Source: Thermoplasmata archaeon (GTDB lineage Archaea > Thermoplasmatota > Thermoplasmata > Lutacidiplasmatales > UBA184). Taken from it: a stretch of DNA of 64,000 nucleotides. The first letter of the stretch is position 1, and each line of letters starts with the position of its first letter. This document shows, one piece after another, positions 9,111 to 18,293 of this stretch. The stretch spans positions 8,095 to 72,094 of the forward strand of contig JAJZYH010000004.1 in NCBI GenBank assembly GCA_021798195.1, given 5' to 3'. The position numbers were made by a program, and so were the translations under genes. The notes under the pieces are model-generated. The model did no database searches. It saw only the letters and a program-made list of their open reading frames with translations, and had not been told where the DNA came from.

Positions 9111-9638
9111 ATGTTCGGACTAAAGAGCTTCCGGAAGCGATTCTACGCCCTCTCCGACCACCTGCGCCCCCCCCTCCCGGTCTTCGCCCATTGCGACATC
9201 CCCTGCGGAATCTACGACCCGCATGAAGCCCAGATCGCCGCCCTCACGGTCATCCGGATGGATCAGTTGATCGGCGAGCTTCCTCCCCCGGCAGCCGATG
9301 CGAAGGCGGAGGAGAAACACGCGTACACCCACAAGCTCGCCCGGTACACCGCCGTCAAGGAGCAGCATGCGGAGAAGCTCAAGCATGAGATCCGGGTGAT
9401 CTACGGGGATTACATCACGGCGGACATGGTGAAGAAGTTCCCGGAGCTCCCGGACCTCGTCTTCAAGATCTGGAAGCAGGCATCCAAGGCACGCCAGGAG
9501 GTCAACTTGGCAGGCGCCCAGGAACTTCTGGCCAGCGTCCACCAGTTCGCCGAGGTCTTCTGGAAGACCAAGAACGTGGCGACCCGGAAGGTTCCCTCGA
9601 ACCAGAAATCGGGGGGAGAGATCGTCCTCCCGGCATGA
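9111..9638 (+). CDS. sodN: nickel superoxide dismutase precursor (NiSOD)
   Basis: Ni-hook motif HCDIPCGIYDP follows a 26-aa leader (MFGLKSFRKRFYALSDHLRPPLPVFA|HCD...) that would be removed to expose His1. The remainder matches the NiSOD four-helix bundle. Confidence 0.85.
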   Translation: MFGLKSFRKRFYALSDHLRPPLPVFAHCDIPCGIYDPHEAQIAALTVIRMDQLIGELPPPAADAKAEEKHAYTHKLARYTAVKEQHAEKLKHEIRVIYGDYITADMVKKFPELPDLVFKIWKQASKARQEVNLAGAQELLASVHQFAEVFWKTKNVATRKVPSNQKSGGEIVLPA

Positions 9639-9721
9639 GACGGGGATCCCCCTTCTGCGAAGGCAGTGGGGGGGGACGTTTCTGGCTTCCGTAACTGGTT
9701 TCCATCTCGACGGCATCCCCC

Positions 9722-10171
9722 GTGCCGATGGCTGAGGGATTTCGTCACATCACCGTCGCGCTGGATGGATCCGCCCACAGCGACCGCGCCTTGGATGTGG
9801 CGCTGGAGCTCTGCATGAGGTATGCAGCCGAATTGACGCTGGTCACGGTGGCGCCGCTCCCCCTCGTCCTCTCCCCCCCCGAACCTTGGGTGCCCCCCCA
9901 GGTCACCGACATCGAAGCGGGACGCTACAGGGACATCCTGGATCGGGCCCAGAAACGGTGCACCCAGATGGGAGTGAACCCCGCCCAGGCGATCTGCCTG
10001 GAAGGGCATGTGGCCGACGAATTGCTCACGTACCTCGAGAAGTCTCCCACCGATCTCTTGGTGGTGGGTTCCCGAGGCTCCTCCACGGCCAAGAGGCTCC
10101 TCCTGGGAAGCGTCTCCGATGCCCTGGTCCACCACGCGAAGTGCCCGGTCCTCGTGGTGAAGATGGGATAA
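9722..10171 (+). CDS. universal stress protein UspA family
   Basis: ITVALDGSAHSDRAL...LLVVGSRGSSTAKRLLLGSVSD...CPVLVV. An Usp-fold ATP-binding motif (GSRG..G..S). Confidence 0.8.
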   Translation: MPMAEGFRHITVALDGSAHSDRALDVALELCMRYAAELTLVTVAPLPLVLSPPEPWVPPQVTDIEAGRYRDILDRAQKRCTQMGVNPAQAICLEGHVADELLTYLEKSPTDLLVVGSRGSSTAKRLLLGSVSDALVHHAKCPVLVVKMG

Positions 10172-10185
10172 GGACGGAGGAGACC

Positions 10186-10899
10186 CTACTTCCCCTTCTT
10201 GGCGGCCTTTTCGTCCTTCGCGGAAGCCGCGGGGGGAGAGGCCTTCTCCCCCGGCTTCTTCGCATCCTTGGAGGGCGCCTCGGGCTTTCCAGCCGCCTCC
10301 TCGGTGGGGGGGGCCGCCGCCTCTTCGGTCGTCAGCGCGGCGGGCTTCTCCTCGAGTACCGGGGCGATGGCCGCCGCCCTCGCTTCCTCGACAAAGCCGG
10401 CCCGTTCCTCGACGAGGACACGGACGGGCGTGGGGAGCTTGGAGGAGGCCTTCCGGATCGCCTCCTTCGCGTCCGGCACGTTCTCGGAACGGCAGGCCAG
10501 GGTGATGAGCGTGTCCCCGATGTTGGCCCGGACGGCATGTCCGACCGGCTTCCCGAACGCAAGCCGCATCCCATCGGAGATCCGGTCCGCTCCGGCCCCT
10601 GTGGCCATCTTGTGCTCTCGGAGGATCTGATGCGGATACTTCCGCACCTTGACGTGGAAGTTGTTGGACGCCGCGCGGTCCATGACGCGGACGATGCTGA
10701 TCCGGGCCGCCTCCAGGGCCTTGTCCTGCACCTGGGCCGCCTCCTCCGCCAGCATGGAGAAATGGAACTTGTACTGCTGATGGACGTTCCCCGTGTCGAA
10801 CTGGGTGATCCGGCAGTGCGGGATCCCGCCCATGTACTCCTTCCGGGTGTAGATCTGTCCCTCGATCCGCCGGTACATCCGGTTCGGTTTCCGCACCAT
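10186..10899 (-). CDS. rpl10e: 50S ribosomal protein L10e (uL16) with an unusual ~70-aa Lys/Glu/Ala/Pro-rich C-terminal tail
   Basis: MVRKPNRMYRRIEGQIYTRKEYMGGIPHCRITQFDTGN is archaeal L10e. The tail reads ...EEKPAALTTEEAAAPPTEEAAGKPEAPSKDAKKPGEKASPPAASAKDEKAAKKGK. Confidence 0.85.
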   Translation of the reverse strand: MVRKPNRMYRRIEGQIYTRKEYMGGIPHCRITQFDTGNVHQQYKFHFSMLAEEAAQVQDKALEAARISIVRVMDRAASNNFHVKVRKYPHQILREHKMATGAGADRISDGMRLAFGKPVGHAVRANIGDTLITLACRSENVPDAKEAIRKASSKLPTPVRVLVEERAGFVEEARAAAIAPVLEEKPAALTTEEAAAPPTEEAAGKPEAPSKDAKKPGEKASPPAASAKDEKAAKKGK

Positions 10900-10970
10900 A
10901 GGCCCGCCGCCCACCCCCCACCTGTTTTTGAGCCTTTCGATGCGATGCTTCGGGGACCCCTCGGGGGGGT

Positions 10971-11897
10971 TCAGCTTGCGTCCGCCGTGTCCGGGCCCAG
11001 GGGGATTGCCCCCGTGCGCCCCACGTGGACCCTCAAGATCGTGAAGCCGGCCCGGCGCAGGAGCGTCACCAGCCTACCTTCCGAATCCTCGTCCGGGGGT
11101 GACGCGACCAGCGTGTTGCCCATCATGGCCTGGAACGCCGGGACGCCGCTCTCCGTCACCCGGCCCAGGGTGGCCGTGAGGGCGCTGCCTCCCAGGGCCA
11201 ATCCTCGGGAGAACTCGAGCGAGGCCTCGAAGAACCTGGTCCAGGGCACCGGGGGAGGGGGGAGATCCCCCAGGAGAGGTGTGCCCAGTGCGGCGACCCT
11301 TGCAAGGAACTCGGGGTTCCCCAGGAGGGGAGGGGAAGGAAGGGGGTCCCGGAGGAACGCGGCAAAGAAGCCCCGGGAATGGGGCGTCCTCTCGACCTTA
11401 CCGTAGGGGGGGACCCCCGCGACCCGTCGCACTTCGAGTCCTCCCCCCAGGATGGCGGAGACCCCGCCCAGCCCCCCGTGGAGTTCCATCTCCGCGCGGT
11501 GCGCCGCCTCGTGGGCCCGCTCCACGGGGAGTCCAAGGCATTGGGCGAGAGCCATGGCGGATGCCAGCGTTCCTGCGGCGCTCATCCCGAAGCCATGGGA
11601 GACCGGAAGCTCGTGCCGGAGCTCCACCCGGACCGTGTACCCGTGGGAGGGGACCAGCAGTCGGAGGGCGAGTTCCGTGATGGGGAAGCTCACCGGAAGG
11701 CCCCCCTGCAGCACCTCGATCCGGGTGGCGTCGGCCCGGAGTTCCCGGAGCTCCACCCTCGCTCTCGCCCCCACGTCGAGCACGATCCCCGCCCCCCGGG
11801 ACCCCCGGGAGCGGGGATCGGGCCCCTCAAGATCCGGCACGAAGAGCCCGGTCACGTGTCCGGGGGCAAAGGCCATCGCCACGACCAAGATTCCCAT
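10971..11897 (-). CDS. GHMP-kinase family protein, probable archaeal pantoate kinase (CoA biosynthesis)
   Basis: MAFAPGHVTGLF N-terminus and GHMP motif PVSHGFGMSAAGTLASAMA. The long N-terminal extension in the track is not used. Confidence 0.55.
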   Translation of the reverse strand: MGILVVAMAFAPGHVTGLFVPDLEGPDPRSRGSRGAGIVLDVGARARVELRELRADATRIEVLQGGLPVSFPITELALRLLVPSHGYTVRVELRHELPVSHGFGMSAAGTLASAMALAQCLGLPVERAHEAAHRAEMELHGGLGGVSAILGGGLEVRRVAGVPPYGKVERTPHSRGFFAAFLRDPLPSPPLLGNPEFLARVAALGTPLLGDLPPPPVPWTRFFEASLEFSRGLALGGSALTATLGRVTESGVPAFQAMMGNTLVASPPDEDSEGRLVTLLRRAGFTILRVHVGRTGAIPLGPDTADAS

Positions 11898-11981
11898 CCC
11901 TCCCGGATCCGCCCACCGGACACGCACCGGCCCTTGAAACCCACGGCCCCCACGGCTCGGGGGACGCACCTTCCCGCGGCC

Positions 11982-13538
11982 TCAGCTCATGAGGGTGAGC
12001 CGATACGACGCTTGCGGTGGGTCCTCCCCCGCCGGCATCGTCAGGGCATAGATTGAGGTCCAAGGCCGAATGCCCATGAGGAAGAACCTTCCCTTGACCG
12101 CACGCATCAGCAAACGGGTCTGGGCGAGGTCCCGGAAATACGTCACGAGCGGGTTGTTGCGGGACCCAATGACCAGGATGTGCAGGGGGCCTGCGGTCAG
12201 GTACGATTGCAGCACATAGGCCAGGGTCTCCGGTGTGTACTCGCGGCTCACGCTCCGGCCGATGTTTTCGACCCCTCCCAGGGTGCTGATCAACAGGTTG
12301 GGAGGGTGGGCCCCGGCCGGACCGCGGAGGAAATCGAACAGGGCGCTGGAACGGGCCCGGTAGGCCTCCCGCACCTGATAGGAACTCCCCGCGCCGGGGG
12401 GCCGGACGGCCCCTCGGATCTGGAAGGTCCTCGTGTCCTCCTCCTCCGAGGGGAATTCGGGGGACAGGTGGACGGTCCGGAGCGGCTCGCGCGGCTCCTC
12501 CAGAGGCGCGAGGGAGAGGACCCGGACGAGGCTCGTGAAGACCTCGGGCTTCACCACGGGCGCGAAGGACGCCCAGATCCCTTCGAGTCGGATGTGGGGA
12601 CGGGGTACGTACCCGACCCGGCGTCCCATGCGCAGAGCCGCCAGCATCGCAGAGCTGGACATCGCCTGGACCGGTCCGGAGGGGATCTCGTCATCGACCT
12701 CGAGGAGGGTCATGTGATTGCTCTGGAACGGCCCGAAAATATTGTGGTAATCCGCGCTGCCGGGCCAGAGGGATGTGCGGAAGTCCCCGGGAGGGGCCGG
12801 ATCGGCCCGGGCGGCGGGGGGACGATCCAATAGCTCACTCGGGGGGAAGCACTCGAAGGACCCTCCGAGAAGGGTGAACGGATATTCTCTCACCTGGACA
12901 TCCACCCTCCGGAGCTCGTCGATGGACAACCAGCGATATTGCCGCTCCTCGAGCGTCTGCTTGGTGAGCGTGAAGATCGCGTCGGCGATGTGGTCCAGAG
13001 GTCCGCCCGAGGACCCCTCGAGGAGTATGACGGCCCGGAACAACCTCTGGCCCACATGTTGGGCGAAGACCTCGATGAACCGGCTCGCCAGGGAATCCCG
13101 CCCCACGTCGCTCCGTTCCTCGTGCCACCACCGGCCCATGTTCTGGAGGAAGGCTTCCCAGGTGTCGACGACAATGGTGGCAGGTTTCTGGTCATCGCCG
13201 GATCGTAGCCAGGCATCGATCCAGGGTGGCAGCCTCCCGGGGGGCTCAGACGGGGATCCATCCGGAGGTCCCGGAGGTTGGGAAAGGTCCTCCAACCCGA
13301 AGACCGTCAAGGGGAGGGCGCTCTGCCAATACGGCTTCGCCAGGGCGCTCGCCTGTCGCCGTGTGAGGTGGGGGCTCACGTAGCTCCCCGCGGTCCCGAA
13401 TGCCTGGAGGAGGGACAGGGCGAACAGGGTCCGGCCGCTTCCCGCCTCCCCCCGGACCAGGAAGATCCCGCTCCGCGAAGTGGAAAGGAACCGGGCGATG
13501 GGAGGAGGGATCTCGCAGCGAGGGGGCATCGGGAACAC
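11982..13538 (-). CDS. KaiC/GvpD/RAD55-like RecA-superfamily ATPase, two-domain (second domain lacks a P-loop), paralogue A
   Basis: Walker A GEAGSGRTLFALSL in the N-terminal domain. C-terminal signature ...FLMGIRPWTSIYALTM... is shared with the paralogue at 21189-22733. Confidence 0.55.
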   Translation of the reverse strand: MFPMPPRCEIPPPIARFLSTSRSGIFLVRGEAGSGRTLFALSLLQAFGTAGSYVSPHLTRRQASALAKPYWQSALPLTVFGLEDLSQPPGPPDGSPSEPPGRLPPWIDAWLRSGDDQKPATIVVDTWEAFLQNMGRWWHEERSDVGRDSLASRFIEVFAQHVGQRLFRAVILLEGSSGGPLDHIADAIFTLTKQTLEERQYRWLSIDELRRVDVQVREYPFTLLGGSFECFPPSELLDRPPAARADPAPPGDFRTSLWPGSADYHNIFGPFQSNHMTLLEVDDEIPSGPVQAMSSSAMLAALRMGRRVGYVPRPHIRLEGIWASFAPVVKPEVFTSLVRVLSLAPLEEPREPLRTVHLSPEFPSEEEDTRTFQIRGAVRPPGAGSSYQVREAYRARSSALFDFLRGPAGAHPPNLLISTLGGVENIGRSVSREYTPETLAYVLQSYLTAGPLHILVIGSRNNPLVTYFRDLAQTRLLMRAVKGRFFLMGIRPWTSIYALTMPAGEDPPQASYRLTLMS

Positions 13539-13746
13539 TCCTTCCGACGCATCCTAGGGGCCACCGGATATTATAATCGACGAGATGAGTCGGGTCCTGT
13601 GGGGGGGTCCTCGTCGGCCCGCCCCTTGACGGAACCCGGATGCCTCGTTCCCAGGATCTCCGGTGAAGCAGGTGGGTCTTGCCCGGGGGTTGAGCCGCTC
13701 AGTCGTCTTATATGGCTGCGATGCTCTTACCCCTACCGTGGCACCC

Positions 13747-14982
13747 ATGGACGAGACCCGGAACCGGCCATCCACTGCGTCCGACGAAGAGGTCCGTTCC
13801 GGTAGCGAAGAGGCCTACGACCGGTTGAACTTCCTGGAACTCCGGAACAACCAGCTGGCGGAAGCCATCAAGCGGGTGGAGAGCGAACGGCATTACATGG
13901 AGGCGGAGATCCTGCGCCTCCAGCGGGAGGTGAAGCGCCTCAAGACCGAGCTGGACCGTCTCCGGTATCCCCCCCTCATCGTGGGGACCGTCCGCGACGT
14001 GCTCACCGACGGCCGGCTCGTGGTGAAGAGCTCCACCGGCCCCGACTTCGTGGTCAACGCCGCGGAGACCGTGGAGCACGAGAAGCTCAGCGTGGGGAGC
14101 CGGGTGGCGCTCAACAAGCAGACCCTCGCCGTCATGGGGGTCCTCCCCGCGTCCCTGGACCCGCTGGTGACCGCGAGCGAGATCGTGACCCGGCCCAACG
14201 TCACCTACGACGACATCGGCGGGCTCTCCGATCAGGTCCGGGAGATCCGGGAGGCCGTGGAGTATCCGCTCCTGCGGAGCGAGCTCTATCGGAAGGTGGG
14301 AGTGGAGCCCCCGAAGGGGGTCCTCCTCATCGGTTCCCCCGGGACGGGGAAGACCATGATCGCCAAGGCGGTGGCCCACCACACGAACGCCACCTTCGTC
14401 CGGCTCGTGGGAAGCGAACTCGTCCAGAAGTACATCGGGGAAGGCGCCCGGCTGGTCCGGGAACTCTTCCAGTTGGCTCGGGAGAAGGCCCCCACCCTCA
14501 TCTTCATCGACGAGATCGATTCCATTGGGGCGAAGCGTCTGGAGGTGGCCACGAGCGGGGACCGGGAGGTGCAACGGACCCTCATGCAACTCCTGGCGGA
14601 GATGGACGGCTTCGAGCCGCTCTCCAACGTGAAGATCATCGCCGCCACCAACCGGCCGGACATCCTCGACGAGGCCCTCCTGCGCCCGGGCCGGTTCGAC
14701 CGGATCGTGGAGGTCCCGGTCCCCGGCTTCCAAGGGCGCGTGGAGATCCTCAAGATCCACTCGCGCCAGATGGCCCTCAAGGAGGCCATCGACTTCGAGT
14801 ACCTCGCCTCGCGTTGCGAGGGGGCCACCGGGGCCGACATCAAATCGGTCTGCACCGAGGCCGGGATGTGGGCCATCCGCGAGGAGAGGGATGCGGTGAC
14901 CCAGGCGGATTTCGAGAAGGCCATCGAGAAGGTCATCGGCGAAGAGGATCTCCGGAAGGAGACCGTGGGAATGTTCGCCTGA
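13747..14982 (+). CDS. pan: proteasome-activating nucleotidase PAN (AAA+ ATPase)
   Basis: N-terminal coiled coil, an OB domain, Walker A GSPGTGKTMIAKAVA, Walker [11 protein letters not shown], and the second region of homology. Ends ...ETVGMFA (HbYX-like). Confidence 0.9.
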   Translation: MDETRNRPSTASDEEVRSGSEEAYDRLNFLELRNNQLAEAIKRVESERHYMEAEILRLQREVKRLKTELDRLRYPPLIVGTVRDVLTDGRLVVKSSTGPDFVVNAAETVEHEKLSVGSRVALNKQTLAVMGVLPASLDPLVTASEIVTRPNVTYDDIGGLSDQVREIREAVEYPLLRSELYRKVGVEPPKGVLLIGSPGTGKTMIAKAVAHHTNATFVRLVGSELVQKYIGEGARLVRELFQLAREKAPTLIFIDEIDSIGAKRLEVATSGDREVQRTLMQLLAEMDGFEPLSNVKIIAATNRPDILDEALLRPGRFDRIVEVPVPGFQGRVEILKIHSRQMALKEAIDFEYLASRCEGATGADIKSVCTEAGMWAIREERDAVTQADFEKAIEKVIGEEDLRKETVGMFA

Positions 14983-15016
14983 GGCCCTTCGACCATCCCT
15001 GAGAGAGGGGGCCGGA

Positions 15017-15991
15017 TCAGGAGAGGATCCCCCGCCCCGCGAGCCGTGGCCCGGGGCCGGGGCTCGAGAGTTGGACCAGCAGGGCCACGTCCCCGGGAAG
15101 CCATGCCAGGGGTCGATCCACCGTGATCTGGACACGGGACCCGTCCACCGTCTGGATCCGTGCGGGAGCGGTCTGGAGCCCCACGCTGACGTGCACCTTG
15201 TCCCCTTCCCCGGCCCGTCCCTTGAAGAATCGGCAGGGACGGTAGTCCGTGAGCTCCAGGAGGTCCCCGGTCCGGAGGGTCCCCTCGGGGGCGAGGATCT
15301 CCCCCCGGGAGACGTCCTCCGCCTCCACGCCCTTGAGGGCGACACCCACCCGGCTCCCGCTCTCCACCTGGGGGAGGTCCACGTCGTGGACCTGGAGGGA
15401 ACGGGCCTCCACCATCCGTTCACTGGGGTACAGCCGGAGCTTGTCGTGGACGTGCAGGGTCCCCTGGCGCACCACCCCCAGGACCACGGTACCCACTCCC
15501 TTCACGGGGAAGGCATGGTCGATGGGGACGACCACTTCGCCGGGAGAGGTCCGGGAAGGCCAGTTCCGCACCGCCTCCCGGAGGGCCTTCGCGTCCCGGG
15601 GCAGCCGGGCGAACCCCTGGAGGGAGGTCCCCTTGAGGAGCGGCTCCAGGTCGCCTTCGCCCACACCCGGCCCCAGAGCAAGGAGCCCCTCGGTCCGGCC
15701 CATGAGATCCACGGCCAGGACGATCTCGCCCAGGTCCCGGTTCAACCCGTTCGCCACCACGATGGGGCGGTCCCCGATGGCCAGGGCGGCGAGGAGCGGG
15801 GGCAGCTTCTCCGGGAACTGCGTGGGCTCCACGTAGGTCGAGATCACCCCGGAGCCCACGGAATCGTAGAGGGTGATGTCCGATCGGGTCCCCGGCTTTC
15901 CCAGTTCCCGTCCCAGGTCCAGGTCTCCCAGGAGCGCCACGATGAGGCTCCGGTCTCCGTCGGTCACGAATTCCACCGACCTGGCGTACAT
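15017..15991 (-). CDS. EF-Tu/SelB-family translational-GTPase-like protein with degenerate G motifs (pseudo-GTPase)
   Basis: G1 is replaced by GDLDLGRELGKPGT, G4 by NGLNRD, and a DxxG-like G3 is retained. The EF-Tu domain II beta-barrel is intact (VVVPIDHAFPVKGVGTVVLGVV). Confidence 0.5.
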   Translation of the reverse strand: MYARSVEFVTDGDRSLIVALLGDLDLGRELGKPGTRSDITLYDSVGSGVISTYVEPTQFPEKLPPLLAALAIGDRPIVVANGLNRDLGEIVLAVDLMGRTEGLLALGPGVGEGDLEPLLKGTSLQGFARLPRDAKALREAVRNWPSRTSPGEVVVPIDHAFPVKGVGTVVLGVVRQGTLHVHDKLRLYPSERMVEARSLQVHDVDLPQVESGSRVGVALKGVEAEDVSRGEILAPEGTLRTGDLLELTDYRPCRFFKGRAGEGDKVHVSVGLQTAPARIQTVDGSRVQITVDRPLAWLPGDVALLVQLSSPGPGPRLAGRGILS

Positions 15992-16067
15992 CTTCCGCGG
16001 ATTTATCGAGCCGGGCCGGAGGTCCCGGCCGTCGCGCTTAAGAAGGGTGACCCCCGTCGGGACCCCC

Positions 16068-17480
16068 ATGGTGGATGCCTATCCCCGGGCGCTCGCCTAC
16101 CTCTGGGGTCTCCAGAGGTTGGGGGCCCAGCCCGGCCTCGAGGTGATCGGGAGCCTCCTCAAGGGCCTGGGACACCCGGAGCGCACCTTTCCTTCCATCC
16201 ACGTCACGGGGAGCAAGGGGAAGGGTTCCGTGGCCATGTTCTGCGCCTCGGTCCTTTCTTCGGCGGGGGAGCGGACCGGACTCTTCTCCTCTCCCCACCT
16301 GTTGAGCTACCGGGAGCGGATCCAGGTTGACGGGCGCCCCATCTCCCGCGCCGATACGGTCCGGGGGATCCAGATGGTCCGGCGGGTCGCCGGGAAGCTC
16401 CTTCGGGATGGGCAGCTCCCCCGGGAACCCACCTTCTTCGAGGTGACCACCGCCCTCGCGTTCCACCATTTCCGGGAAAAGAAGGTCACCGCGGCCGTGG
16501 TGGAGGTGGGCATCGGCGGACGGCTCGACGCCACCAACACCATCCAGGCGCCCGTGACGGTGATCACCACCCTTGAGCTGGAACACACGGACATCCTGGG
16601 TCCCACCCTCCGGGACATCGCCCATGAGAAGAGCGGGATCTTCCACAAGGGGGCATGGGGGGTGGTGGGCGATTGTCCCGGGGAAGGGCTCGAGGAAGTC
16701 CGGCGCAATGCCTTCCACCTGGGGGTACCTCTCTGGCAATGGGGGCGCGACGTGGTCCTGGAACGGAGGGAGTTGGGTCCTCAGGGGCAGACGGTGGACG
16801 TGCGGACCCCGGTCCGCTTCCATCCCGGCCTGGAGTTTCCCCTCCTCGGCCCATTCCAGGCGCACAACGCAGCCCTCGCTGTGGCTGCCCTCGATCTCTA
16901 CGGCCGTTCCCGCGGGACCCCCGTCCCCGAGGAGGCCTTCCGGGAGGGGTTCCAGAAGGCGCGATGGCCCGGTCGCCTGGAGAGACTCTCTTCCGATCCG
17001 CCCTTCTATGTGGATGCGGCCCATACCCCGCACAGCGCTCAGGAGCTGGTGAAGGCGCTTCAGGAACTCCACCCCGGCATCCCACGTACGGAGAACGTGG
17101 TCCTCTTCGGCTGCCTCCGGGACAAGAAAGTGGAGGCCATCCTCGACGAACTCTCGACCCTCGCGGATACCCTCGTGGTCACTCCCCTCCGCTCCCCCCG
17201 CTCCATGCCGCCCACCGAGATCCTACGGGCCGGGCGTGGTCGCTTCCACCGGATCCTTTCGGCGGATGGTCTTTCCCAGGGGATCGCCTTGGGCCGGGCC
17301 GGCCTGGGTCCCACGGGGATCCTCCTCGCCACCGGGGGGGTCTACCTCGCGGGAGAAGTCCTTTCGGCCCATCTGGGCATCCCTCCGGAGGAGCCGTCGC
17401 TCTCGGACCCCCTGGGGATGCCGGCCTCTCCCGACACCGCTTCCGATTTGCGCCCACGGACGAGGAGTGCCAGAGCGTGA
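16068..17480 (+). CDS. folC: folylpolyglutamate synthase / dihydrofolate synthase (FolC)
   Basis: Mur-ligase P-loop VTGSKGKGSV, SPHL...ERI, and the Mur ligase middle and C-terminal domains. Divergent from the EF-Tu-like gene. Confidence 0.75.
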   Translation: MVDAYPRALAYLWGLQRLGAQPGLEVIGSLLKGLGHPERTFPSIHVTGSKGKGSVAMFCASVLSSAGERTGLFSSPHLLSYRERIQVDGRPISRADTVRGIQMVRRVAGKLLRDGQLPREPTFFEVTTALAFHHFREKKVTAAVVEVGIGGRLDATNTIQAPVTVITTLELEHTDILGPTLRDIAHEKSGIFHKGAWGVVGDCPGEGLEEVRRNAFHLGVPLWQWGRDVVLERRELGPQGQTVDVRTPVRFHPGLEFPLLGPFQAHNAALAVAALDLYGRSRGTPVPEEAFREGFQKARWPGRLERLSSDPPFYVDAAHTPHSAQELVKALQELHPGIPRTENVVLFGCLRDKKVEAILDELSTLADTLVVTPLRSPRSMPPTEILRAGRGRFHRILSADGLSQGIALGRAGLGPTGILLATGGVYLAGEVLSAHLGIPPEEPSLSDPLGMPASPDTASDLRPRTRSARA

Positions 17481-18244
17481 GGCGCGCCCCGCCCTTTCCC
17501 GCCGCCTCCCCGGGCCGGGGCAGGTCCCGGCGCCGGCTCTCCGGCCGACCCATCCCGTGGGCCTTCGTCCTCGATGAGTTGGCCCGGCTCTACCAGAACG
17601 GGGACTGGCGGATCCCGTACCTTCGCGCCCACGCCGAGGACCCCTTCCAGGTTCTCGTGGGGACCATCCTGTCCCAGAGGACCCGGGACGAGGCGACGGA
17701 TCGCGCCGCCGCCCAGCTCTTCGCCCGGTATCCCTCGGTGTCGGCCCTCGCGGATGCCCCTCTTTCCGAGATCGAGAGACTCATCCGGCCCGTGGGGTTC
17801 TACGCCACCAAGGCCCGGGGGATCCGGGCCACGGCACAGGCCATCCGGGACCGGTATCATGGGGAGGTCCCCCGGGACCTCGACGCGCTCCTCACGCTTC
17901 CCATGGTGGGCCGGAAGACCGCGAATTGCACCCTCGTCTTCGGATTCCTCGAACCCGCGATCCCCGTGGACACGCATGTCCATCGCATCGCGAACCGTCT
18001 GGGAGCCGTGAGGACCGGGACCCCCGAGGAGACCGAGGCCGCGCTCCGGGCCACGGTCCCCCGGGACCTGTGGATCCCGTTGAACCCCCTCCTGGTCCAG
18101 CACGGTCAGAACACCTGCCTCCCCCGTCGTCCCCGCTGCGAGCGTTGCCCCCTGGTGGAGGTGTGCGCCACGGGGATCCGCTGGAAGGCCCAAGGGGCCC
18201 ATGGGTCCGGGAAGGGAAGGGGCCCCCTTCCCGGAGCGCGGTAG
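17476..18244 (+). CDS. nth: endonuclease III (Nth), HhH-GPD DNA glycosylase with a 4Fe-4S cluster
   Basis: HhH motif LPMVGRKTANCTLVFGF, catalytic Asp in ...VDTHVHRIANRLG, and a C-x6-C-x2-C-x5-C cluster. A GTG start overlaps the folC stop (GTGA). The track ORF start is an over-extension inside folC. Confidence 0.7.
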
Positions 18245-18293
18245 CGGCGGGGCAAGACTCTTAATCCGCCACGGGGTGAAGGGCCCCTTTCCC

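Noticed and set aside
9410-10921. 503-aa minus-strand ORF
   Set aside because: Spans sodN, usp and L10e in a different frame. Arg/Gly/Pro-rich artefact.
11982-13538. Gas-vesicle regulator GvpD assignment, implying a gvp cluster
   Set aside because: No gvpA/gvpN/gvpF-like genes are nearby. The similarity is architectural only.
13708-15423. 571-aa minus-strand ORF
   Set aside because: Antisense to PAN.
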